The notes beneath the pieces were generated by a model. The model ran no database searches and was not told the DNA's origin. It saw only the letters and a program-made list of their open reading frames with translations. Below, piece by piece: positions 8,186 to 16,678 of a DNA stretch of 56,762 bases. Source of the DNA: Candidatus Methanophagaceae archaeon GoMg1 (GTDB taxonomy: Archaea; Halobacteriota; Syntropharchaeia; Alkanophagales; Methanospirareceae); contig QBUL01000188.1 of NCBI GenBank assembly GCA_013180605.1, positions 1 through 56,762 of the forward strand, read 5' to 3'. The number at the start of each line of letters is the position of its first letter. Position 1 is the stretch's first letter. The position numbers and the translations under genes were made by a program.

Positions 8186-9737
8186 ATGTCGCGAAGAAGT
8201 GTATTTTACCCGAAGGGAAAAGAGCGGAGCATAAAGATTATAAATGCTTTGATTGGCCTGCTATTTTTGGTAACTATAGCAGCGATGCCACCTGCTTTAC
8301 CTTTAGATAGCGATAGTGATGTCGGCAGTGTTATAACTGAAGAATCCTTCTTCAGCGGTAAGTGGATCCCGAAAAATGATACACCAGAGCAAGGTGGTTT
8401 TGGAGAAGCGGTAGTTGGTACTGGAAAGGAAATCTATATCGCCAGATGCTATGACATTAACGATAATCCAGCATTTTGGCGTTACGATTCAAATAAAAAT
8501 AAATGGGATAATATGACTACTTCTGGATTTGAAAAGGGTGCATTCCGGAATGGTGCCGCACTTGCGTGGGATCACGATAATCATATCTATGCTTTGCTTG
8601 GTGGAAGATACAAAGCTGAAGATAATGATTATTGTCTCTTCTACAGATACGCCACATCAAATAACAGTTGGAAGAATTTGACAGATACCTTGACAGGGGA
8701 TGTTCGTCATGGACAGGGTGCTGGCGATGCTATAACATGGGCAAATGGCTATAGTTATGTAATAATGGGTAATAGAATCCGAAAATCCGTTTTTGCTCGT
8801 TATAATTGCCGTGATAAATCATGGGAACTTCTGAGCTTGCCTCGCAGTTGGAAGAATAAAACAGATGGTGGCGCTTCTTTGGTTTGGACTGGAGGGAAAT
8901 ATTTATACGCATTACAAGGGGAGACCAACGAAAATAATGGAAGTAAAAATAATAACTTCTCTCGATATGACATAGACAGCAATACTTGGGAAGATATGGC
9001 TAATATATCAGAGGGCAGTTGTGGTGTTGGTGACGGGGGTTCATTACTCTGGATTGGAAAAGGGATGTATGAATATGCAAACTACATCTTCGCACTCGGG
9101 GGGAGGTTGTGCATACCCCGAAGACCCAGAAGATAATTTTTATGCATATAATATCTCCAATAATTCTTGGAAACCGCTAACACCAATTCCCTGTCCAGTA
9201 GGCAAGTATGTTGGAAACAGGTTGGGTTTTGCCAAAAGACATGTTTACTACTGGCAAGGTACACCAAAAACAGAAAAATACGACCACAATTGTTCTGGGA
9301 AAGCATTTTTTATGTTTGAATGGTTGCCAGCTATATTTGACACGGAAAAGCCAGCTAATCCATACCCAAGCATCTTCGGCATGCATAATGGCACACTCAC
9401 ACCAAACCAAACGATATCTGTGCATAAACTTTACACATATCCCTGCAATGGCACCGGTGGGCATACAGAAAACGTGAAAATTTGGAACTTGACCTGGAAC
9501 GAGACGGCAAATTGGAATGGTTACAGCGGTGATTGGCACAATATCTCTTTTAACGAATCATTCACGCTTGTAAAAGGCGAAACTTACAATTACACCATCA
9601 GAACAGGCTCTTATCCACAAATTCACCACACACCTGCACTGCCAACCGCTAATGGCTGGATAAACTGCTCCGAATTTGTAGATGCGAACGGGCGGGTTTA
9701 TTATGATTGGATACCTGCCATTAAATTATATTTTTAG
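8186..9737 (+). pseudogene. Membrane-anchored Kelch-like beta-propeller protein, frameshifted in a G6 run
   Basis: ORFs 8186-9136 and 9021-9737 overlap. Removing one G from the run at 9098-9103 joins ...YIFALGG to GCAYPEDPEDNFYAYNISNNSWKPL, which continues the Kelch-type repeat. N-terminal TM anchor present. Confidence 0.6.
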
Positions 9738-9799
9738 TCAAGGTTTTTTGGATTCCTGCGGTTAAGTTTGAATAGAATAGCCGCTCTTATTAATTAAAA

Positions 9800-11029
9800 G
9801 TGATAAAGATGGAAATAAAGAGGCGTCCAATTTTAGAAACATCCAGAAAGGAAAGAAAAGCTTTAAAAATATTGGCAATAGGATATTCGGTGAGGCATAT
9901 CGTATGTTCAGGGAGCAGAGCGGGCTATGAGATGTATGCTGCCGATGCTTTTGGCGATGTAGATACGAGGAGATGTGCCACCAGATATTTCCCTCTGAAT
10001 CCGCTTCAGCTTCACGCTGACGTCAAACACCTTAAAGCGGAGATAGAAGAAGCTGATGGTATAATTATAAGCTCAGGGTTTGAGAGTGCGGATTTCGGGT
10101 TCTTAACGGTTAAGGATAGGAAAAAGATAGTGGGGAACACACCGGAGCTCACGAAAGAAGTATCGAATAAAGCATGGCTTTCATCGCGATTAGACGATTT
10201 AGGTATCCCACATCCTCTTAGCTATACGGGCAGAGAAATAGCGGAAGGAGAAGGAGAATGGGAAGAAAAAGCGAAACTGAAAGACTTTCACTATCCCGTG
10301 GTGGCAAAACCCGTTTATGGCGGAGGGGGAACGGCTAATTTCTTTTGTATTGATGAAAGGGAGTTGATTCACTGGGCTAAATTTTTTCCTGATTTCTTAT
10401 TCCAGGAATACATAAATGGAACGCATGCTTCTGTATCGCTCATTTCAACCGAGCATGAGGCGATTTCGGTATCCGTGAATGAGCAGTTGATAGGTCTGGA
10501 TTCGGTTTACGCTCCCGGACCCTTTGCCTACTGCGGAAACATTTCCCCGTTTGTAACAAAATCTTCAGAGCGAGTGTGTGAAATTGCAGAGTTCTTAACG
10601 ACTGAATTAGGACTGGTAGGCTCTAACGGGATTGATTTTGTTGTTACGGATGACGTACCTTTCGTAATAGAAGTGAACCCCCGGTTTCAAGGAAGTCTGG
10701 ACACCGTTGAGCTTTCTACAGGTCTAAATTTGAATTTAGTTGATGCGTCTATGAAAGCGGTAAGAGGGGATTTACTCGTGGAACGAGTGGAAGCGAAAAG
10801 ATATGCTGCAAAAACGATTGTGTTTGCAAGACAAGAAGGGGTAGTGATAGGGAATTTAGATAGGGGTGTGCAAGGAATAGTGGACATTCCGGAAAAAGGC
10901 AGAGTTGTAAAGCAGGGAGAACCCATTGCCACGGGAATAGGGATTGGCAATAGCAGAGCGGAAGCGGTTGCCGAAGCGATGAGTAATGTCAAGCGTATAA
11001 AAGCGGGTGTGAGGAGCAAGAAAGAATAA
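9800..11029 (+). CDS. ATP-grasp family protein (archaeal COG2232-like carboligase)
   Basis: 409 aa. YPVVAKPVYGGGG, FLFQEYINGTHASV and IEVNPRFQGS are ATP-grasp signatures. The likely ATG is at 9809. Confidence 0.7.
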   Translation: MIKMEIKRRPILETSRKERKALKILAIGYSVRHIVCSGSRAGYEMYAADAFGDVDTRRCATRYFPLNPLQLHADVKHLKAEIEEADGIIISSGFESADFGFLTVKDRKKIVGNTPELTKEVSNKAWLSSRLDDLGIPHPLSYTGREIAEGEGEWEEKAKLKDFHYPVVAKPVYGGGGTANFFCIDERELIHWAKFFPDFLFQEYINGTHASVSLISTEHEAISVSVNEQLIGLDSVYAPGPFAYCGNISPFVTKSSERVCEIAEFLTTELGLVGSNGIDFVVTDDVPFVIEVNPRFQGSLDTVELSTGLNLNLVDASMKAVRGDLLVERVEAKRYAAKTIVFARQEGVVIGNLDRGVQGIVDIPEKGRVVKQGEPIATGIGIGNSRAEAVAEAMSNVKRIKAGVRSKKE

Positions 11030-11030
11030 T

Positions 11031-11091
11031 TTTCTGCGTAAATCCTCTAAATCTGCGTCCTAAATAGGTAGAAGTTATACTTTAATATACC
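11031..11091 (+). promoter_or_regulatory. Promoter cassette, right module
   Basis: tttctgcgtaaatcctctaaatctgcgtcctaaataggtagaagttatactttaatatacc. Lies 20 nt before ATG 11112. Confidence 0.6.
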
Positions 11092-11111
11092 ACAACTACT
11101 TTTTCTTTTCT

Positions 11112-12095
11112 ATGCCGTGGACATACGCAAAAGCAGGCGTGGACATTAAAAAAGAGCAAGGAGTTGTAAAGGCGCTATCCGCGGAGATGACCCGGATAAA
11201 AGAGTTAAAAGGTTTCTCTGGTCTTTTTGAAGTCCCTTTTGATACGCAGCATCTACTCGCTATTTCCACTGATGGTGTCGGCTCAAAAGTCCTGATTGCT
11301 GCTGAGCTAAACAAATGGGATACTTTAGGTATAGACTGCATCGCGATGAATGTCAACGATGTTTACTGTGTAGGGGCAACGCCCATTGCGGGGGTTGATT
11401 ATCTCGCGATGGAAAAGCCAGATGAGTTAATTGCCGCGGAAATAGGCAAGGGATTAGAAGAAGGAGCGCGAATTGCGAATATTTCTATCGTGGGTGGTGA
11501 AACGGCGATACTACCAGAAGTGGTAAACGATTTAGACCTCTCTGGAACTTGCGTAGGATATGTTTTAAAGGACCGGGTAATACGAGGCGAAAAGATAGAA
11601 ATAGGCGATGAGGTTCTGGGGCTGAAAAGTTCGGGAATACACAGCAATGGGTTAACACTCGCGCGGAAAGTAATAGAAGCAGCAGGGTTGGATTACAATT
11701 CTCCTCTTGAATACAATCCTTCGATAAGCATAGGCGAAGAGTTACTCACGCCAACGAGGATATATACCGAGGTTTTAGATGTTTTGAACCGGTGTGAAGT
11801 GCACGGCTTGGCACATATAACGGGCAGTGGGTTTTTGAAACTGCGAAGAATCACGGACCTCGGCTTTGACATCCACGACCCTTTAGAGCCGAATGCCATA
11901 TTTCGCATTATACAGGAGAAAGGTGACATAACGGCTCAGGAGATGTATAAAACGTTCAATATGGGTATGGGCTTCGCGGTAGTAATTCCGAAAAGCGAGG
12001 AGCAGGAAGCCATCAGGGTAACAGGGGGCAAAATAGTGGGTGAAGTCGTGGAGAGGGAGAGAGGGATAAAAGTAGGGGACGTGAAGGTACTGTAA
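11112..12095 (+). CDS. purM: Phosphoribosylformylglycinamidine cyclo-ligase (AIR synthetase)
   Basis: 327 aa. YAKAGVDIKKE start, STDGVGSKV, DCIAMNVNDV and GGETA motifs. Confidence 0.85.
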   Translation: MPWTYAKAGVDIKKEQGVVKALSAEMTRIKELKGFSGLFEVPFDTQHLLAISTDGVGSKVLIAAELNKWDTLGIDCIAMNVNDVYCVGATPIAGVDYLAMEKPDELIAAEIGKGLEEGARIANISIVGGETAILPEVVNDLDLSGTCVGYVLKDRVIRGEKIEIGDEVLGLKSSGIHSNGLTLARKVIEAAGLDYNSPLEYNPSISIGEELLTPTRIYTEVLDVLNRCEVHGLAHITGSGFLKLRRITDLGFDIHDPLEPNAIFRIIQEKGDITAQEMYKTFNMGMGFAVVIPKSEEQEAIRVTGGKIVGEVVERERGIKVGDVKVL

Positions 12096-12170
12096 AAATA
12101 AATCTATAGTCATTCCAATAATAAATTGCAAATAATGAACCACGAGATTTCGCGAGATTAACACAAGAAA
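12096..12170 (+). repeat. Cassette left-module variant (F1) after the purM stop
   Basis: aaaataaatctatagtcattccaataataaattgcaaataatgaaccacgagatttcgcgagattaacacaagaaa. The reverse complement is homologous to 32861-32927. Confidence 0.6.
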
Positions 12171-12223
12171 TGGTAGTTAATAGAGGATAAAATCACTAAT
12201 AGAACGCTGAAACTTGATTGTTA

Positions 12224-13573
12224 TTATTGTTCTCTCGTGGAAATCTGTGTAATCTTGTGGTTAATAATTTTCGTTATCTTTTTAATGCATTCCTCTACGC
12301 CTATTTTATCTTGCTCTCCCGTCTCTAAATTTCTCACTGTTACTTTCCCTTCTCTTATTTCAGTTCTGCCCACAAGCACGGCAAACGAAGCATTAAGGGC
12401 ATTGGCATAAGATAACTGAGCGCTCAGACTCCGGTTCATCACGTCTATATACGTGGGAATGTATTCTCTCAGCTTGGACGCTATTTTTATCGCCTCTTCA
12501 ACTACATCTGCCGAGTCTGCATTTTTTTCGCGTATCGGCACTACCGCTACCGATACTACTCCACCTCGCTTCAAATCCGATGTTTCATGAGGGAATAGTT
12601 CTGCTAATCGGTCAAAGCCAAAAGCAAAACCCGTAGAAGGCGTGTCATCACCACCAAACAAAGTAGCCAGCCGATAGGAACCGCCACCGCATATCTGATT
12701 CTGTGCGCCTAACCTGCCTCCCGTTTCGTATATCTCAAATACCATTCCCGTGTAATAATCCAGACCACGGGCTATTCCGGGGTTTAACGTATATACAACG
12801 CCATAATAATCGAGGAGTTCCAGCAGCATCCCCAATTCCTTCGCCGCATCGCTGTCAGAAACAATTATTTCGCGCTCACGTGCTTCCTTTAGTGCATCCT
12901 TACCTTTTACCTTTACCTTTAAATCCACCAGGCTTATCAAATCATCAATCAAGTCCTCTTTTGCACCCGTAGCACGCAAAAACCTGATTACCTCTTCTCT
13001 TTCTCCTTTGTCTATTAACCTCATCACTCCGTTTATCTTGTCCACCTCAACATTTGCCGCTCGTAATACTTCTCTTATTAGACCTACATGACCCACGTGC
13101 AGCTCTGCCTTTATGTGTATGCCTAAACCCTCCAAGATATAGTAAGCAAGTGCGATTATTTCCGCTTGCGCCTCCGGCCGGTCAGACCCGATTATCTCAG
13201 CACCAAACTGCCAGAACTCCCGGTAACGCGACTTCTGCGGCTCTTCATACCGGAAGCAATTGCCGAAATAATAAACCTTCGTCGGTTTCGGCGCCATCTT
13301 CAGCTCGTTAACGTACATTCTTATCACAGGAGCAGTAAGCTCAGGTCTTAGTGCTAAATGCCTGCCACCCTTGTCGCGGAATTCGTACATTTCATTCAGG
13401 ATTCCCTCGCCGGATTTAACCGTGAACAGTTCAGAGCGCTCAAAACTGGGTGTTCGTATCTCTCCATAGCCCCATTTCTCCGCGATGTCACGCATCCGCG
13501 CTTCCATTGTTCGTCTCTTCCGCATCTCCTCAGGCAAGAAATCTCGTGTCCCCCGGGCTCTTTCTATTCGCAT
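12224..13573 (-). CDS. hisS: Histidyl-tRNA synthetase
   Basis: RGTRDFLPEEM, class II motifs (LRPELT, FRYE.PQ..RYREF) and GGGSYRL. Start trimmed to ATG 13573 (MRIERARG). Confidence 0.93.
   Translation of the reverse strand: MRIERARGTRDFLPEEMRKRRTMEARMRDIAEKWGYGEIRTPSFERSELFTVKSGEGILNEMYEFRDKGGRHLALRPELTAPVIRMYVNELKMAPKPTKVYYFGNCFRYEEPQKSRYREFWQFGAEIIGSDRPEAQAEIIALAYYILEGLGIHIKAELHVGHVGLIREVLRAANVEVDKINGVMRLIDKGEREEVIRFLRATGAKEDLIDDLISLVDLKVKVKGKDALKEAREREIIVSDSDAAKELGMLLELLDYYGVVYTLNPGIARGLDYYTGMVFEIYETGGRLGAQNQICGGGSYRLATLFGGDDTPSTGFAFGFDRLAELFPHETSDLKRGGVVSVAVVPIREKNADSADVVEEAIKIASKLREYIPTYIDVMNRSLSAQLSYANALNASFAVLVGRTEIREGKVTVRNLETGEQDKIGVEECIKKITKIINHKITQISTREQ
12229..12272 (-). repeat. 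Repeat element E1, lying inside the 3' end of hisS
   Basis: gaaaattattaaccacaagattacacagatttccacgagagaa (gene strand). Copies at 22336-22381 and 32694-32737 are non-coding. Here it encodes the tail KIINHKITQISTREQ*. Confidence 0.6.
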
Positions 13574-13610
13574 CCTTCTAAATAAATAAAACAACAAAGT
13601 TTAATTAAAC
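13574..13610. promoter_or_regulatory. 37-bp bidirectional promoter region between hisS and the HisA-like gene
   Basis: ccttctaaataaataaaacaacaaagtttaattaaac. A/T boxes lie ~25-35 nt upstream of each divergent ATG, leaving no room for leaders. Confidence 0.45.
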
Positions 13611-14342
13611 ATGAACTTCAGACTGATTTTCGTGCTCGATTTGCTCGACGGTGTAGTAGTGCATGCGAAGCGAGGGGAGCGAGAGCAATACGCGCCAGTT
13701 CATCTCTTCAGTTCTATCGTCGGGTCCTCTGACCCTGTCCGTATCATGGAAAAGCTAAAACCTGCGGATGTTTATATCGCTGACCTGAACAGGCTTATGG
13801 GCACGGGTTCTAATAAAGGGATAATAAAGGAGATAAGGGATAATAACAGAAAAGCGAGAATAATGGTAGATTATGGTGTAAAAACGGCGGATGACCTGGA
13901 AGAAGCTGCTGACGCGGAAATAGCCGATAGTATCATTTTAGGGACAGAAACGGCATCTATGGAATTGATTGGCGAGGTATCGAAAAATGACAATTTAGAC
14001 ATAAGCATAAGCGTTGACATTTTCAATAAACAAGTGCTGACGAAGGATAAACACGTGAAGACGGACCCGCTGCTGCTAATACACGAGTTGAACGAGTATC
14101 GCGGCGTACGGGACGTAATCGTGCTGGAACTGGACAGAGTAGGAACAAAAAGCGGAATAGACTTCAATTTTCTCGCTCGTGCCGTTGACGTCTCGGAACA
14201 CAACATTCTATGTGGTGGCGGCGTTAGCGGTTGTGAAGATGTAGATAAAATGCAAGGGATAGGCGTAAAAGGCGCCTTGGTTGCTACCGCAGTCCACGAT
14301 GGGAGTATCCCTGTGCCTTTGCTTCGCCTACGAACGAAATAA
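13611..14342 (+). CDS. HisA/HisF-family TIM-barrel protein (archaeal COG1411-like)
   Basis: 243 aa. IFVLDLLDGVVVHAKRG, VYIADLN, ELDRVGTKSG and GGGV are ProFAR-isomerase-like motifs. Confidence 0.7.
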   Translation: MNFRLIFVLDLLDGVVVHAKRGEREQYAPVHLFSSIVGSSDPVRIMEKLKPADVYIADLNRLMGTGSNKGIIKEIRDNNRKARIMVDYGVKTADDLEEAADAEIADSIILGTETASMELIGEVSKNDNLDISISVDIFNKQVLTKDKHVKTDPLLLIHELNEYRGVRDVIVLELDRVGTKSGIDFNFLARAVDVSEHNILCGGGVSGCEDVDKMQGIGVKGALVATAVHDGSIPVPLLRLRTK

Positions 14343-14357
14343 AAGGGCTTCTCACAA

Positions 14358-14530
14358 AATGAGTTATAGACACAGATTAACACAAACCTTTCTTTCAAAA
14401 AGAAAGCTTTACCAAAGAAATTTGTTTTTCTTTTAGCACAGGTTTTCTTTTTTTGAAAAAGAAAAAGTGTTGCGTAAATCAGTGTAAATCTGTGTCTTAA
14501 ATAGAAGGAAAATTATACTTTTGCAATCAA
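14358..14530 (+). promoter_or_regulatory. Composite cassette: left module, nested B2 element (14385-14471), right promoter module
   Basis: gagttatagacacagattaacacaa + aaacctttctttcaaaaagaaagctttaccaaagaaatttgtttttcttttagcacaggttttctttttttgaaaaagaaaaagtgtt + gcgtaaatcagtgtaaatctgtgtcttaaatagaaggaaaattatac. Confidence 0.65.
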
Positions 14531-14544
14531 TCTTACAGAACAAG

Positions 14545-15612
14545 ATGGAAACTAAAGCTCTGAAAACGGAATTGTTATGTCTGGGTGCGAGAGTACCTGG
14601 TTTAGATAAAGGCAGAAAAGGCGGTGCGGGTCCTGCTGCTGGTGGGATGTTCCTTTTTGGTGGCACGGTAGCGAACGTGCCAACGCAGAGCTGGTTCGTG
14701 TCTCAGTCGCCGTATAGCGTGGCTGCAGAGAAGGATAACTACGTAATAATGAGGGATGGCGATGGTGAGCAAATCACCGAAGTCGAGTTTCCACATGCAA
14801 AGTTTCAAGAACTTAAAACCGAGGATGGCATACCATACTATAAAATCGCTCTTCTGCACGGTGCGGACTGTTTAGCCACTACCACGATACAAACTTGCGT
14901 ATACTGGAACACACCAAAGCGGTGTAAGTTCTGTGCAATTGAACTGTCATTGAAGGGTGGAGCGACAATAGCGATGAAGAAACCGGAACAGCTTGCCGAA
15001 GTGGCGATTGCTGCGAAAAGATTGGACCATGTGACGCACGTTACGCTTACTACGGGCACAACACCCGGTCCCGACAAGGGAATAAACTACCTTGCGGAAA
15101 CAGCGAACGCGATAAAAGAAGCAACGGGCTTGCCTATCCATGTTCAGTTCGAACCGCCGAAGGAACTCAGTATGATTGACGTTCTTTACGATTCCGTGGA
15201 TACGGTAGGCATACACGTGGAGTGTTTTGATAGAGCAGTGTTGAAAGAGCTGGCTCCAAGTAAGGTTGAAATACCGTTTCAGCATTATGTGGATGCGTGG
15301 AAACGGAGTGTGGACATTTTTGGCGATTGTCAGGTGAGCAGTTATGTGATTGCAGGTGTGGGTGAAAGCGATGAATCAATAATAGCAGGTAGTAAGTTAT
15401 TGGCAGAGCTGGGTGTTTATCCATTCATCGTGCCTCTGCGCCCTATACCGGGTTCGATGCTGGAGAATGAGAAACCGCCGAGTCCCGACAGGATGCGGTA
15501 TATATATGAACAAGTGGCGGAGATATTGCATGATAACGGCGTGAGCTGGAAGAAGAACAAGGCGGGATGTGTGCGATGCCGGGCTTGTTCAGCGCTGCCG
15601 GATTTCGAATAA
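14545..15612 (+). CDS. Radical SAM-related protein (archaeal COG2516-like)
   Basis: Cys cluster CVYWNTPKRCKFC, TIM-barrel-like pattern and C-terminal CVRCRAC. Start trimmed to ATG 14545. Confidence 0.6.
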   Translation: METKALKTELLCLGARVPGLDKGRKGGAGPAAGGMFLFGGTVANVPTQSWFVSQSPYSVAAEKDNYVIMRDGDGEQITEVEFPHAKFQELKTEDGIPYYKIALLHGADCLATTTIQTCVYWNTPKRCKFCAIELSLKGGATIAMKKPEQLAEVAIAAKRLDHVTHVTLTTGTTPGPDKGINYLAETANAIKEATGLPIHVQFEPPKELSMIDVLYDSVDTVGIHVECFDRAVLKELAPSKVEIPFQHYVDAWKRSVDIFGDCQVSSYVIAGVGESDESIIAGSKLLAELGVYPFIVPLRPIPGSMLENEKPPSPDRMRYIYEQVAEILHDNGVSWKKNKAGCVRCRACSALPDFE

Positions 15613-15671
15613 CCAAAAATTTAAATATGAAGTAAAGAATAAAAAGAAAATGGAGGTAAAAAAGCTAAAAA

Positions 15672-16520
15672 ATGAATGAAAAAAGAGGGAAAGAAGAGGG
15701 GAGAGGGAAAAGGGCGGTAGTAGGTATTGTGCTGGCAGCAGTAATGCTTGCTTCGGTGTTAGCGGCGATGATGCCCACTTTGAGTGGAATACCTGCCACT
15801 AACCAGATTGGCACCAATGACGCCGCTTATGTAAGCGAAGTTATCATAACAGATGTGAAACCAGCAGACTTCCATCCGGGGGAGACAAAAGAAGTTGTTT
15901 TGACCGTGAGGAGCACATGTGGAGGTGCGAGAGATGTGAAGTTAACATTTGAAAGCACAAGAAACATATCTGTTATAGGACCCGTGGTAGCAGAAATGGA
16001 TACGTTGAATCCCTGGTATGAGAAGGAGGTAAAAATCACGGTTCACGTGGAAGAAGGAACTCCTATTGGTATTCAGTCCATACCGGTCATCTGTTCGTGG
16101 GATGAATATTGCCCTTTTAATCTCGCAACGGGTTATGCAACTAAGCATAAAGGACCAGAGAGATTAGAAATAAACTTCAACATAATAGCAGAAGTTTCCA
16201 TTTCTACGGACAGGAAAGAATATTCTCCGGGTGATACGATCACTGCAACAATTCATCTTTCAAATCCAACGGGTAACGCTCAAAACATGCTCTTTAACTG
16301 GTATTTTGGGATCCCTGATCACAACAGTTGGACGAGGATAGAGCAAAAAATGGTAAATCTATCGGCTAACTATGATCAAACATCTACGGCTTCAATTTCT
16401 GTGGGAGACTGGGGAAATGAATGCTTCTGTGGCTGCTACGTCATTTCGTTGACGAATGCGACAACCAAAAAAGTAGTAAGCACGGGTTCTACAACTTGGA
16501 CTTACACACCAAGTGCTTAG
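15672..16520 (+). CDS. Secreted or membrane-anchored surface protein with a shared C-terminal FCGCY domain
   Basis: N-terminal anchor RAVVGIVLAAVMLASVLAAMM. The C-terminal ~110 aa (16191-16520) are homologous to the C-terminus of the next gene. Confidence 0.7.
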   Translation: MNEKRGKEEGRGKRAVVGIVLAAVMLASVLAAMMPTLSGIPATNQIGTNDAAYVSEVIITDVKPADFHPGETKEVVLTVRSTCGGARDVKLTFESTRNISVIGPVVAEMDTLNPWYEKEVKITVHVEEGTPIGIQSIPVICSWDEYCPFNLATGYATKHKGPERLEINFNIIAEVSISTDRKEYSPGDTITATIHLSNPTGNAQNMLFNWYFGIPDHNSWTRIEQKMVNLSANYDQTSTASISVGDWGNECFCGCYVISLTNATTKKVVSTGSTTWTYTPSA

Positions 16521-16678
16521 TGTAAAAGCAAAACATCAGCGGAAATCGCAAAAGGAATAAAGAAAGGTGGAGAAGGAGTAAAGTTGCCAATTTGGAGACT
16601 CTACTCTTTTTTATTTTTTGCAATGGGAAAAGAAGAGTAAGCAAAAAGAAAAATTTGTGGCTGTGGAGGGATAAAAGG

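Noticed and set aside
9800-15612. ATP-grasp, purM, HisA-like and radical SAM-like genes as a dedicated methanopterin or cofactor biosynthesis operon.
   Set aside because: - The genes sit on one strand but are interrupted by the oppositely oriented hisS.
- Each has its own promoter cassette.
- My recollection that COG1411- and COG2232-type genes track H4MPT metabolism is not firm enough to claim a system. They are reported only as individual genes.
16518-16520. In-frame TAG followed by homologous sequence: could it encode pyrrolysine?
   Set aside because: - No pyl genes or methylamine methyltransferase genes are in the window.
- The downstream similarity includes clearly non-coding terminator sequence, and the frame relationship to the paralog is lost before its stop.
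- A plain nonsense mutation is the simpler reading. It is kept as a finding only at low interest.
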